This document shows positions 48,132 through 60,174 of a stretch of DNA of 64,000 nt, piece after piece. A model generated the notes under the pieces. That model saw only the letters and a list, made by a program, of their open reading frames with translations. It ran no database searches and was not told the DNA's origin. The DNA comes from Dicyema japonicum (lineage: Eukaryota; Animalia; Dicyemida). Within the stretch, counting starts at the first letter, position 1. Each line of letters opens with the position of its first letter. The position numbers were made by a program, and so were the translations under genes. The stretch is from NCBI GenBank assembly GCA_011109175.1, contig RDEW01000071.1, positions 71,632 to 135,631 on the forward strand, written 5' to 3'.

Positions 48132-48789
48132 CACAAAAAGCACGAAAGATTCAGCCCTTAATTTATTTAATTTTTAAATTTTAATATTCTAACAATTAAA
48201 ATATATTACAAAAATTAAATAATATTTACTATACCACGATGTTTATTTTCCAATATTATAATTCATTCTCGAAAAATAGATAAATAAAGCATGTTTACAA
48301 GACCGTACAAAAGAATGGAACATTCTGTAGATGACCAGTTTGATTCTGGGACCTCATTTTTTGCAGTTATTTCCTGTTAGACACTGGTTTCTTTAATTTA
48401 AAAGAAAAAATTTAAATAAATAGAGAATAAAAATAATTTCGTAAAACTCGTTATATCCAATAATTCTATTAAATGTATATGGGGGATATTCGAATGAGTT
48501 TTTGTAATTAAATATGCAACTAGCCATGGAAGGTAAATAATCTGGAATCTGTAACAAGGTGATGTCATTACGGTGCATTGACTGATAGTCATCAACAATG
48601 AATTGTATGATTCTGATACAATTGTTGGAGGTCAAAGTTCTATACAATATCTCCTGATTTGATTAAGCTATTTTCAAGCAAAAGTTTTTGATGTCCTATA
48701 GAAATTTTTATTGGAAACTCAAGAGGAAATGTGATTCTTTATTATTTGCTGTATAGGAAAAAAGCAGTGAGTAAATAGTTAACTCAAAC

Positions 48790-49830
48790 CAGATATTATT
48801 ATTATTCGTTAAGCGTAGAATTTTTGTTCAGATCTGTATGAGTGGTTGCGTGAAAGGTCTCGTCTGTCATGCTCAAGGGCACAATTCCAAAGGTTTTCTT
48901 AAACATACTTGCTTGTATGTAGCGTGGATATTTCTATCCACTTCTAACTGTCTCAAGTACCCTCTGGAACTTAGTCATCACATAAAGAATAACATTGACT
49001 TTACATTTATGAATTATTCTCAATATGTTAGCAGATGAGTAATGCCACTTCTATGATATGTCCCTTAATGTCTCACTTAATATACAGTCAATAGCTAAAG
49101 TCTTGATTGCTGTATCCACCAATAACAGACTGTACTTTATGAGTCCCAACTTTCTGGAATGTTATCTCCCATGCTGGTTAACAAAAGTAGGTGGATACAC
49201 AGACTATCTCATTCGCCCCACACGTAGTAGTGAAGCATACTGCCGACTTATTGTAACTGGCTTTTCTTGTCTGATTGATGTCACGTTAAATGGAGTACCT
49301 ATACCACAAAAGAAATCGCAGAAGATACTGGGAGTAACTTTTGATAATTTCCTCTGCTTCTCAGCCCATGTGGAATCTATCATATTAACCTGTGCAAAGA
49401 AGATCAATTTTGTAAAGGCCTTCCTTTGGAACTGTGGAGGAAATTTATCCGCCAGGTATCGGAACCCTCTACAAGCAGTATGTCGAGCCAACAATAGGCT
49501 ATGCATGTGCTGCATGGGGATCTAACCTGTCGGCAACGAACCTAACAAAAATTCAAGATATCCAGTCAAGAGCAAAAAAGTTACTAGAAAAATATACAGA
49601 TAAAGAAATTGCCCCCAGAGCACTCGAGTCTATCATAGAGGCAACTGGAGGCAATTTCAGAAAAGGAAAGGAAAAAGACCCCCGTCCGTATAGAAAATGC
49701 GTGGGATCACAGTCGGAGCATCGAGAAAAAATGGCCCGATTATTGAGAGATGCCGGGATCACCTGAATATTAGTTATTGGTTAAGACGGTGTTTCTTTGG
49801 TTTAAATAATAATAATAATAATTACAATGC
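48790..49830 (+). mobile_element. Jockey/I-like LINE 3' part
   Basis: PIPQKKSQKILGVTFD..LYKQYVEPTIGYACAAW..LRDAGIT* followed by (AAT)n tail. Confidence 0.85.
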
Positions 49831-51167
49831 AGACAGGCCTAGAAAAATCACAGAAAAAACTCTCATTTTGTAAAAAAGTATAAGCTCCTCTGACAGAGAA
49901 TTATGTTTACTGGCAGAATAGTAAGGACTCATTCACATACAAGTGAAGGTTCTCGAATACATCAAAGAGACCACAGGAAGGTTTTTTAAACTGATCTTTA
50001 TTATTAAAGTCTCACTGTATATTTACCAACCCTACTCAGTGAAATCCCCCGTTGGTTAATGTATAGACTAGTTACGTCTCAATGGTACCTAGATGAGTTT
50101 GTCTTGAATTCTCAAACGTTAAGATTGCAATCTTTCTTTCAGATGTTGAGCTTCAAACAAAAACTTCACTACAATTCCTGCAATAGGGGCGGGTTAATAA
50201 GCCATCATCCAGTTCGACTTCCATAACGTCATCCAGTCCAGTTCGACTTCCATAAAAACACTTGATATAAGATATTTGGGATTCATTTAGTCTCTATATG
50301 GAAGCGAACCACATACTCAATATCTCGTTGAGATATATTTTACTTAGTTAAGTATAAGCGACCACCATCTGTGGTGTCCTATTTGATAGCTGCTGGCCTC
50401 CTACAAGTTAGTGAAGCCAGAGTTACCTAACTAACTAAAGATCCCCGCGTACTTAACGACTGTGTAAAGAAACATCAGTTATGCAAAAATCTTTAAGTGA
50501 ATCCAATTTATTTGATATGTACGACGTCCCTATGGTCATGACGTAGAGATACAAGTCTTTCCAAGCACGAAGATTTTCAAAATCCGGAGGAAAGTTAATA
50601 AACGTACAATTTTTTAAACTGAAACATCTTAATAAATAATATAGATAACTGTGGCAGAGTAAATATACAACATGTTTATTTTCAAAACAATTAAAAAATT
50701 TTAACAAAAGGGAGGATCGCGTGAATATTGGTTGATTTATATACTGAATCTACAAAAAAATGTGTAATAGGAAAGTAAGGTTTTGTCTTAAATATGAATG
50801 AGATGTGAAATATAGTTAATAAATTAAAGCGAGAAAATTATGACTACAGAACAATCTTGGTTTGTACCCATAGATTTTTTTACTTACTTAAGGTTAGAGT
50901 CTATAGAGTATGAAATTATTTTTTAGTTGTGATTCCCAGTTTAACACAAAATAAGTGTCAATCATTAATACTTCAATTATAATTATTCCTCCAGGATCAC
51001 TGGGTAAAGAGAAAGAAATTAAAGTTCTTTACTAACTTGATCCCAGAACGACAGGGACAATTCTTTAATTTGAATTACAATATGCTCATAACGCATATTT
51101 TAATGGAATTGAAAATAATTAAATTATTTATTGGAATTTAATATTAAATTATTTTATTTTAAAATAA

Positions 51168-51420
51168 CCACGTGGTGCCTACTTGATTGATGATTTGTTT
51201 GTTTCTTCTTCACTCTCCTAATATAGTGGCGTCATGTGATCCACCTTTCTCAGTTAGCGCCCAGTGCTAGGGTAGAACGCAAAACGTCTTCTACGTTTTA
51301 TGTGGTTATGGATGGACTTGTTTGACATTGGAATGACTCTGTTTCTGTGGCAGTGGGAACTTGATAAAATTGATTAGCTGTTAACTTCATTCTTGTGTAT
51401 CCGATGTTAATAGTAATAAT
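51168..51420 (+). mobile_element. Pseudoknot-core SINE-like element, copy E (diverged)
   Basis: CCTAATATAGTGGCGTCATGTGATCCACCTTTCTCAGTTAGCGCCCAGTGC and GACTCTGTTTCTGT..GTGGGAACT match copy D. Confidence 0.75.
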
Positions 51421-52959
51421 ATTAGGTTGATGGTTGCTGCTTCTGGATATCATCTATGTGCTTAAAAACGTCAGGATTGTAGCTCTGAAATAATAGAGGT
51501 AGCCCTAATTGAACGGGCGTGTAGTAGGTCCTATATCATTCTGTCGTGGAACTCAGTAATTGGAGATAAAAGATTGTGGAATTTGGGAAGGCAAGCGCTT
51601 TCAACTTTCTTAAATTCCAAATATTGTGGGAGCATCATCTCGGAAGAAACATCTGAACCATTTGTGAAGAAGTAATAATTGAATTAATGGCGGTTTATGA
51701 ATATTGACTCTTGGAATGACTATGATGAAATACCTAATAATAATCATTTGGTTTTATTCTGTAATTATATTGAATATTTTAACAATTTTTATTGTAAATT
51801 AAGTATTTCACGTAAAATTCGTTCAGAGTTATCACTATTCTTTTGAGGATAAAGAAGACACCAATCCAAGGGAATAACTGATTGGTGTTATTGCGTTAAT
51901 TGTAGTCTGTTATAATATGACCAGTTCGAGAAGATTATTAACGCATTATTGGGGGACCTGTCTTTACTAAGCTAGGGGGTGACTAACTTTGAAAAGGATG
52001 TGTTCCCGTAATTTTTGAAGACGTATTTAAGACGATGAGGTGGTTATTGATCACCACATGTAGGTTCGGATTTAATTGTGGACACTACAAGGTAAATTGT
52101 AACCAGATTCAGGTCACTTGACGAAACAAGAACAGAAGACATTTCCTCGGTGGACTGATAAAGTTATATTACACCATCAAAATATAAGAGGTCCTCGTTG
52201 TTGATAGTAAGAAAAGATCGTCGATAAGTATATCAACCGAAACATGCTTGCACACCTTCGATTCTGAATCGATAATATTAATATTATAAACGTAATATAA
52301 GGTTTTCCACTGAAATATAATTTAACCACGTGGTTTGGTGGTATGATATCAATATTAAGTGATAGTGACGTAATATTATACTGATGATACTGATGTACTG
52401 ACGTAATATTAACATGTGTAGGTTATGACGTATTAATATATCGACCTGTATGCAGTCGAATCCGTAAATGTTCATTTCTATTAACTGATTATAATCGTCG
52501 ATTGTCAAAATACGCTCAAATGGAATTCAATTTTAATTTTTAAATTTGTTGACTTTTAAGAAACTTCAGTTTGGCGTTCCTGGCAAAGGTTACAAATTCC
52601 ATCAAATTAAAAGTCATTGGTAAACATTAATGATAATAAAAATAGAAATTTACTGTATTCTGCAAATTATGATCAATTTGTGGTTGGAAGAGAAATTGTT
52701 AGTTTAATAATTGTAAACTTTACATTAGGATTGTCAAAAATCAGTTTCAGATATTGTTTGAGAGTTAATGACTTGAAAATAATTGTATGTTTTGTAAGTG
52801 AAGTTTGTTAAGATTTGTATAGTCAGTCTTAAGATCAGAACAGAACAATATTATGTCTTCGGTCATCAATTATATATTTATAGGGAAATTATATAACTTA
52901 TGCATATTAATTACGTAATTTTTAATGGAAAATAATTTATTAACATTTAACACATAAAT

Positions 52960-53460
52960 CCATCAAACGTGGTCCCCGGCGACATTAGCGACGATTGCAA
53001 CAGAGATCAGCTGGAGAAACCATTGGGCTTCACCTGCGTCGTGGCCTTTTAGTGCATCTAGGCGTCCTAGTTTCTTTAGGAAACGAAGCGATTTCCCACA
53101 TATCCCTCCAGTTGTCCAACAACAAAGGGTAGAACGTGAATCGGTTGTGTAGCGCTTTGTATTTCTTTGCCCTCATCGTTTTTTTCAGCGACATTCAGTG
53201 TGTCTATTGCTCACGACAATGTTGGATGGGCAAAGGGCGTCCACACAAGTTGCATCATGTACCAAAGGTTTTGTCTGTGTTAGTTTAATAGGATCAGAAG
53301 TTTCTCATATTTGTCTTCGCAGTTAAAATGTATTGTCTTCTTTCTCTCATGAGCGTGGTCGACGGACTAATGAGACATATGAAGCCGAATTCTGAGCAGA
53401 GGAAACACCAATTGCATGCATGATAGTCAAGTGGTAGATGGTTGATGCGTCGATTCTGCT
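52960..53460 (-). mobile_element. CRE-like RLE fragment
   Basis: ..WYDATCVDALCPSN.. and ..LQLISVAIV..; same domain as 35750-36200. Confidence 0.6.
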
Positions 53461-53699
53461 ATATTCGAAATGTCTACTTTGCTTTATGATGGAAGAAACA
53501 CCGTCTCCTTTCTCAGAAACATAGACGGAATGACGTCATTAAGAAATATTGGAACATCAAAGTTATGACCTAAGGAAGCGTCTGACGCACTTAGGATCCA
53601 TCAAAGGTTAAAGAACCTTGAAGATCTTTTCACGTGTAGGATGTGAGTTAATATGATCCTATGTACGTTGCTAATAATCATCATTTTAACTTTATGATA

Positions 53700-54030
53700 G
53701 ATTATAATAAATCGTTATAAAAATATTATGTAACCGTTCGAGGATGACAATTTCTTGTGTGTTAATGACCACACTCGACTGCGTTCTAATAGAGGTAGTT
53801 TGTATAATAATAGATAATACCTAATGCAACCGCTTCAGTTTGTGGATTCGATGTTTACAGAGAATTTATACTAAAAGTCTCTCACTAACATCATCACGGT
53901 AAAGGCACTTTCCGAAGCAAAGAAAACAGAGATCGCAAGGAAAAAAAGTATAAAGAGCTTATTGACTCTTATACTTTCCGCGGGAGCAATTCACTGATGA
54001 ATTATTTGTATGATGTAGGTTGAATAAACA
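53700..54030 (+). mobile_element. MULE-like transposase C-terminal remnant
   Basis: ..KEKKYKELIDSY..NSLMNYLYDVG resembles MULE C-termini. Confidence 0.35.
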
Positions 54031-54309
54031 TTTGAAAGTCTATTTTGAGTCCTTGGTTTCTCTGATATGGAAGACCAATCATGATCGCTGCCAAATGATC
54101 TGAAAAAGTCATCTTGTAATTATAAACCTGCCCTTCCTGAGTCCCGTAAGCCGCCCGATCAATTTGATAAACTTTGCTGTGCTGTAGCCAAGCATGCCAG
54201 ACATCTTTACTAGAAGGAGAACCGATCCCAAATGCTACAGTAGTTCCTCCATTTCGTAACTATCTTTTTCTCAGATCGTGCTGAAATAAAATAGAAATTA
54301 AAAAACAAA

Positions 54310-54440
54310 GTAACTAAATTAATTAGTGATTCGCTCAAATATCCAGGACCGCTCACAGAGATCCACTGTGCGTGTAGAAATCCGATTCCATTGACTACAC
54401 ATGAATTCAAGCGTCAAAAATGCAAGAAAACTAGACTTCA
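54310..54440 (-). mobile_element. CRE-like 3' tip
   Basis: TLEFMCSQWNRISTRTVDLCERSWIFERI matches 9180-9270. Confidence 0.65.
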
Positions 54441-55899
54441 ACCGTGAATGGACCAAAAAAATCTTTACACATTATCACTACGTTGATTCTTGGCTAACTT
54501 GAAGGCCGCTTGATTGGAGTTACCAGTCCTAACATTAACGAATTAAAAGTCACATTACAGATACGGTGGAGAAATAAGTCACGGCTACCAAAGTAAAATC
54601 TTATTATCTTTCAACAAAGCAAAAAAGAAAAGAGCATGCATATGAATGGGCAAGTGGAGATGACTTGGCCAATAGTTGTACATGCTTTGTCATTACCATG
54701 TTGGGTGAGAGTGCTTAATAATAATGGCTGACTATAGCTAATGAGGAATAATACATATGACACTATAGATTAATTTTCACCACTTAATTATCTGCCAAAA
54801 TATAATACACAAAATACAAAACATACTTCACAAAATAATATTTGTCACCAACATAATTAAATATTATTTAAATTTTAAAAACTAACAGTTAACAGCTACT
54901 GGCTGCTCTCACAAATGAGAACGCATTTCCACTAACGATTGCAAGGAAATGCGTTTTCAATGAGCCAGCTTCCCTCTCTTCTATCATTTTTCCTCTTTGC
55001 GATGAGTTTGATGATTCCTGACGTTTCTATGATTCCTTTATACATAACATTTCGGGGTCAGTTAAATTTATTATTTAAAATAATTACAAAATTGGTATTA
55101 ACGTGAATCCTGAAGAACAATACAAACTCAGTGATAACAACAAATTTCAAAACATTACTAAACCATGAGATACTTATCATTTAAGAAAATGATTGTACGA
55201 ATCACCATATTAATCATTTATACATTTGGAACACAGATTATTCCATAAAACATTATTTTCAATTTATAGATACATTTTGACACAGAATGATTTTCATTAA
55301 TGCAGATTTTGCAATTTCGCCGAGACATCTTGTATTATTTAAAATTGTAATCACATAGAATTTCATTAATGGAACAATAAGGAATTCCTATGAAAATTTA
55401 TAAATGGAGTTAATCTTGGGGGACAATATGATCTTCAGTGATATTATGCTGGAAACATTTTTGTAGCTTTCCGAGTAAATTTTTCCATTAAAGTTAATGC
55501 CATATTAATCATTTACAGAAAATACATTATCCATCTTCAACCAACTCTTTCTATATTGGAATTAGCCATTCTCTCTGCTCCGGTCAATTCTACCCTGACC
55601 TCATAGAAAGAAAATGGTTAACATCAAAATAATATAAATAACAAAAAATTTTCAATATTTCTGATGAACATACAAATATATTAATATATAGAAAATACAA
55701 AAAGTAGAAATCATCGTTGATTAGTGATGAAATGAATTGATGAAGTTATACTGCTACTAATATAACAATTTTGGTAATTAACATGCAAAGCTAATACATC
55801 GATGAATTACAAATAACCACTTTACACGTTGCATTTTATTAATTATGGTTTTTCCAGTCTATAATTATTTTTTATTTGTAATATTTTATTTAATTATTT

Positions 55900-57320
55900 A
55901 ACACCAAGACCACGGTAAAACCAAACTAACTATCACATGATCCCGATGCGCTCCGCCAAAATCCTCATTCTTTCCCTTTGCTCTTCCCTCGTACCCACAC
56001 AAGCTCGTACAGGGCGGCTGACTGTATTTGCAGGGCCACCTTCCCGCATGCCGGAGTTTTGTTTAATGAGGGCCTCCAAAGTAGTCAGTCCGGTTCTGTG
56101 TCTCCCACAAGACCACCGCTCCGTCATTCTGAAAGCCTTCTTTTGAACGTCCTCGATTTTCTTAGTGTTCGTCCATGATAATGAAAGTCCCCACGAAGCA
56201 CACTCGTACGAGAAGCATGGTTCGATGTATTGTTTCTAAATGTTCATCAAGACCGGGTGGGTACCTGTCTTCCATATTCTAGATGAACATTTTAATACAT
56301 TGATCCTCTTTTCGCACTTCAGAAAAATGTTTGCCACGTGTGGTGACGAACATAAGTGCGTATCCAGTGTCACGCCCAGGATTTTCTGACATTTACTGAA
56401 GGGGATTTCAACGTTGTCCAATTTTAACTTGACAGTCATCTTCCCCAACCTTTTGTCCGAAGTAAACATAGACGTGACCGACTTTCTGGAATTTATCGTG
56501 AGTCAGTTCTTTATTACCCAGGCGTTGAGTCGGTCCAGGTTAATTTGTAATCTTTCTGTAGCATTTTGGATATCCCGGTCATGCGAGGCCAAAACAATGT
56601 CGTCCGCATATGAGAGTAGAACATCGTTATTGGATTCCGGTGTCGGGAGGTCGGCCAGGTATAAATTGAATAAGGCGGGGGATAAAGGAGATCCTTGGGG
56701 ACACCGTTTGGGAGAAGACGCAAGACTGATTTCAGCCCTCCGAGGCATACACGTCTCCTCCGTCCACTTAAGAAATTTGTTATCCAAAGTTTAAGCTTTA
56801 AAATAATTTTATTAAAATTATTTTTTATATCTAACTCAAATTGATTCTAAAATATAGTTTAATTTATATTATTTATTTTTATACCTCTTCTTACCTTGGG
56901 AAAATCCACAGACATCAGGAGTCTTATCCAAGTCAGAATGAGTTTATTGAGNATTTTCGATATGGAACATAACAATGACACAGGTCTAAATGATGCCGGA
57001 TCTTCCTTAGGTTTTCCAGTTTCAGTATAGGTCGGATGTTGGCTTGCTTCCATAACAACGGTATTACATTACAATTAATTGAATAGTTATACACCGACGT
57101 TAGAATACCGACTCCAATATCTCCAAGGTTCTTCAATACTAGAATGTTGAATGTTGTCGGTACCGGCAGAGTACGTTGTTCTTGTGAAACGCAGCGCATT
57201 CCTCAAGTATTCATCCGAGAAGTAAACTGGGTTAGAATCCTTCTTCAGTTTTCTGCGTGAAGAGAAGCACTTCCGACTTGCTGTGTTCTTTACACGAAAT
57301 TTTTGTGTAGAGTTTTATCA
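55900..57320 (-). mobile_element. Jockey/I-like LINE RT, 5'-truncated, with deletions and an AT-rich interruption
   Basis: WKQANIRPILK, FRPVSLL, WITNFLSGRR, PQGSPLSPALF, SYADDIV, KILGVTLD, ..RIGIM* and tail AGTTAGTTTGGTTTTACCGTGGTCTTGG. Confidence 0.9.
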
Positions 57321-57385
57321 AACTCTTGTTAACGTCTCATGATTATAAAAATAAAAATAAAAACTTAAAATAAAATTATAAATTA

Positions 57386-57588
57386 TTTGAAGTATTACAC
57401 TAATTTCAGAATAAACTTTGACCCGAAACTACAATGAATCCTAATTTTTTTATTATAACATCAATTTTAAGTGCCTTCATAGGAATTTTGAAGTATTACA
57501 CTAATTTCAGAATAAACTTTGACCCGAAACTACAATGAATCCTAATTTTTTTATTATAACATCAATTTTAAGTGCCTTCATAGGAATT
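57386..57588 (+). repeat. 101-bp tandem duplication spanning the DRAM-like start codon
   Basis: 57386-57487 is repeated at 57487-57588. Confidence 0.95.
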
Positions 57589-58723
57589 GTCGGCACTGTA
57601 ATTTTGAAAGAACTTTATCAGCCAAAGGACGATTTACCACTGATTCCATTCATCAGGTAATAAGAAATACAAATTCTAGTGATTTGTACAGAAATCACAC
57701 TGAAAGTTCATTTTTCTCACTTTTTATGAATTTGTCTTTCTCATTGAGTCACCTTGTTAATGATTTTAGACATTCTGATTCTCTACATCCAATATGACAT
57801 AATAAAGATTTATCTTGTGAAAAAACGAAAGAAAAACACCCTTAATTTACTGAGTCTCATCTCTTCCCAAATCTGTGCTATCGGCTTGTTAGTTACAGTT
57901 AATTTTGAAGTATTTAATTGTATGTTTTGTAGTTAAACGACAAAACTAAAATCCATATGATTGGGGGAGGGATAGGATTTGGGTTTCTTGCAGTGTCTAT
58001 GGGATTAATGGCCTTGAATTTATACAAACTACATCCCTACCATTTCTCAAAGTTTCATTGCAGATTGCAGATTATATTAACCTCCTTCTTCGTTTTGGTC
58101 ATTATTTCGTGTATTTCCGTTTTTTTTTATTTAGTCACTGTTTTTCGGGTTGTCGCGTTTCACACAAAGACAAATGTAATGCTATTTCATATTTTAGTTT
58201 CTTCTCAGTGTCACAGCTTTCTTCGAATGGTCGGCTTTTTTGATTATGTATGTGTATGTTAGCACTATAATGCAAATTTTTTCTAAAATAGAGATTACTC
58301 TCCAATATCGAATAACCCCCAAAAAACTTAAAGAACCCAAGTCCGCGATGGATGAAGAGGACAACTGTATTGAATCATATGTATGTTGGCACTATAATGC
58401 AAATTTTTTCTAAAATAGAGATTACTCTCCAATATCGAATAACCCCCAAAAAACTTAAAGAACCCAAGTCCGCGATGGATGAAGAGGACAACTGTATTGA
58501 ATCATATTCCAATCATTATACGTTTGGAGTGACTTGCGAGAGTACAAAAAAAAGGTGGAATGAAAAAAAATTGGATTGCTTCGATAATAAGTGTATGAAA
58601 TGTTCCTGCTTTGTGGATCAAAATGAGTCAGAATTTGTGGATTCTCCTAAGAAAATTGGAGTAGTTAGACGGTTCGGGTGCATTGATGAAAAAGAAACAT
58701 TTAGTTCCAACGAGAATGTGTGA
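57535..58723 (+). CDS. DRAM/TMEM150 (Frag1/DRAM/Sfk1) family multi-pass membrane protein
   Basis: Introns 57657-57679, 57748-57769, 57910-57932, 58176-58197 (23/22/23/22 nt) give PFISDL..ESSFFS..MNL..YIQY..LNLLSL..GLLVTVNFE..IHMIGG..FG..FEW, matching the PYISD/ANFQ/VH..GA/EW pattern. The 3' part is disturbed by a 127-bp duplication. Confidence 0.8.
58254..58507 (+). repeat. 127-bp tandem duplication in the last DRAM-like exon
   Basis: 58254-58380 is repeated at 58381-58507 with one mismatch (GTTAGC vs GTTGGC). Confidence 0.95.
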
Positions 58724-59149
58724 TCACTAACAATACTTGGTTTTACTTTTTGGCGTTGATTATTTTAACCGGTTAGTTGCTATTGGTCGCAAGGTTGAGG
58801 TGTTAGCGTGTATCCATTACGTGAAATGTTGATTTTATTCATGAAAACACAAAATTTAATAAAAATGATCTTTTTTCGTTAAGGACCGTAAAGATCGGTC
58901 TCTATTAGAATGTCGAGTATAAATGTCATTTTGTGATCAAATAAGAGCTTAGGAAAGGTTATCAAATTACAAGATTTTAAATTAATTTTCGCATAAGTAT
59001 TACTGATATTTGTGACAATCTCAATTTGCTACAGCTTACTGATAACTAGGAAAGTTGTCCTTAAAACAATGAATCGTCCTTAGAAAGTCAATTAAATTGC
59101 CCTAAAATTTAAATTGGTGAACGAATTGGTACAAAAATTTGATCTAAAA

Positions 59150-60170
59150 ATTCCAGGAAGCAACAGTGCTTGCTTGACAGTCTAGATCCGAGCCATATGA
59201 AATACTTTACTTCTGCCACAACCGCCGATATGGGGAACTTCCTCATTATTCAATAAAGACCCTTACAGATTGCATTCTTCGTCCTGATATCTCCGACTAT
59301 GCAAGAGAACTCCTTTGCATCAAAACTGATTGCCTTCAGAAAGCCTTGTGGTGGGTGAAGGCCCATCGCTATAGGCAACGTATTCAGGCGCCTGACGTCG
59401 AAAATTGCTGCCAGAGCAGCGAGCAAGACTCAAAGTCCCCAGCTGAACCTTACTCAACTTGGGGTTGGAACTCTTCATGGATGCGAGGCAGTATTACACT
59501 AAATCCTGAACTTTGCTGCCAGTCAGACTCTACGAATGCTATTATGGTCAAACTGGACATCCAGGATCCTGGAAATCAGCAGAATAGTTAAACCTTCATA
59601 TGGTTCCCCATGTACGCTTATATTCGGGCAACACATCCAAGACAAGGCGACCCCCTACTATTTGACTTAGGTATCGATTGTGCAGCATCAAACTCCACTG
59701 AACTCATGGTACCTGGATAATGCGACCGTCGGAGGGAATTTGTAAATTGTGGTGGAAGAGGTCGAGTACGCATCTCTGCATTTCCAGCACTTGGGTTGGG
59801 ACCGAATCCGTATAAAATTGAAATCATAAACGTTGCTTGCGGAGAATCGACTTTGGCCATGCTGTGGCTACGATTTCTACTTATCTCCGGGAGGTCTCGA
59901 TCAAGGATTCGAAAACAAAAATTTTTTCGGTTCTCCTCTATGCAGCAGTAATTTGTCCATGAAGAGAAAAATACATCCTTTCAACAATCCACATCCAATT
60001 TAAAAACTTTGGACTTCCACACGTCTTTATTCTTCACCGACTCCTTTTTCTTTTATGGACAGCATGTTTCACGGATATAAACTTTTTAAGAACCATCGAC
60101 GAGAAGCTGAGAACTGCCGTTGAAGAACACTCGAAATTTCTTTTGATAAAATTGGCTGAATCTACAGAGG
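59150..60170 (+). mobile_element. CRE-like RT fragment with internal deletions
   Basis: LIAFRKPCG..RPIAIGNVFRRLTSKIA..TQLGVGT..GCEAVLH..VKLDI..QGDPL..YLDN. Confidence 0.8.
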
Positions 60171-60174
60171 ATAT

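Noticed and set aside
50208-50255. Short direct repeat CAGTTCGACTTCCATAA x2
   Set aside because: A simple local duplication with no further structure.
51430-52300. Cys-containing broken frames (WCYCVNC)
   Set aside because: Many stops and no coherent exon structure.
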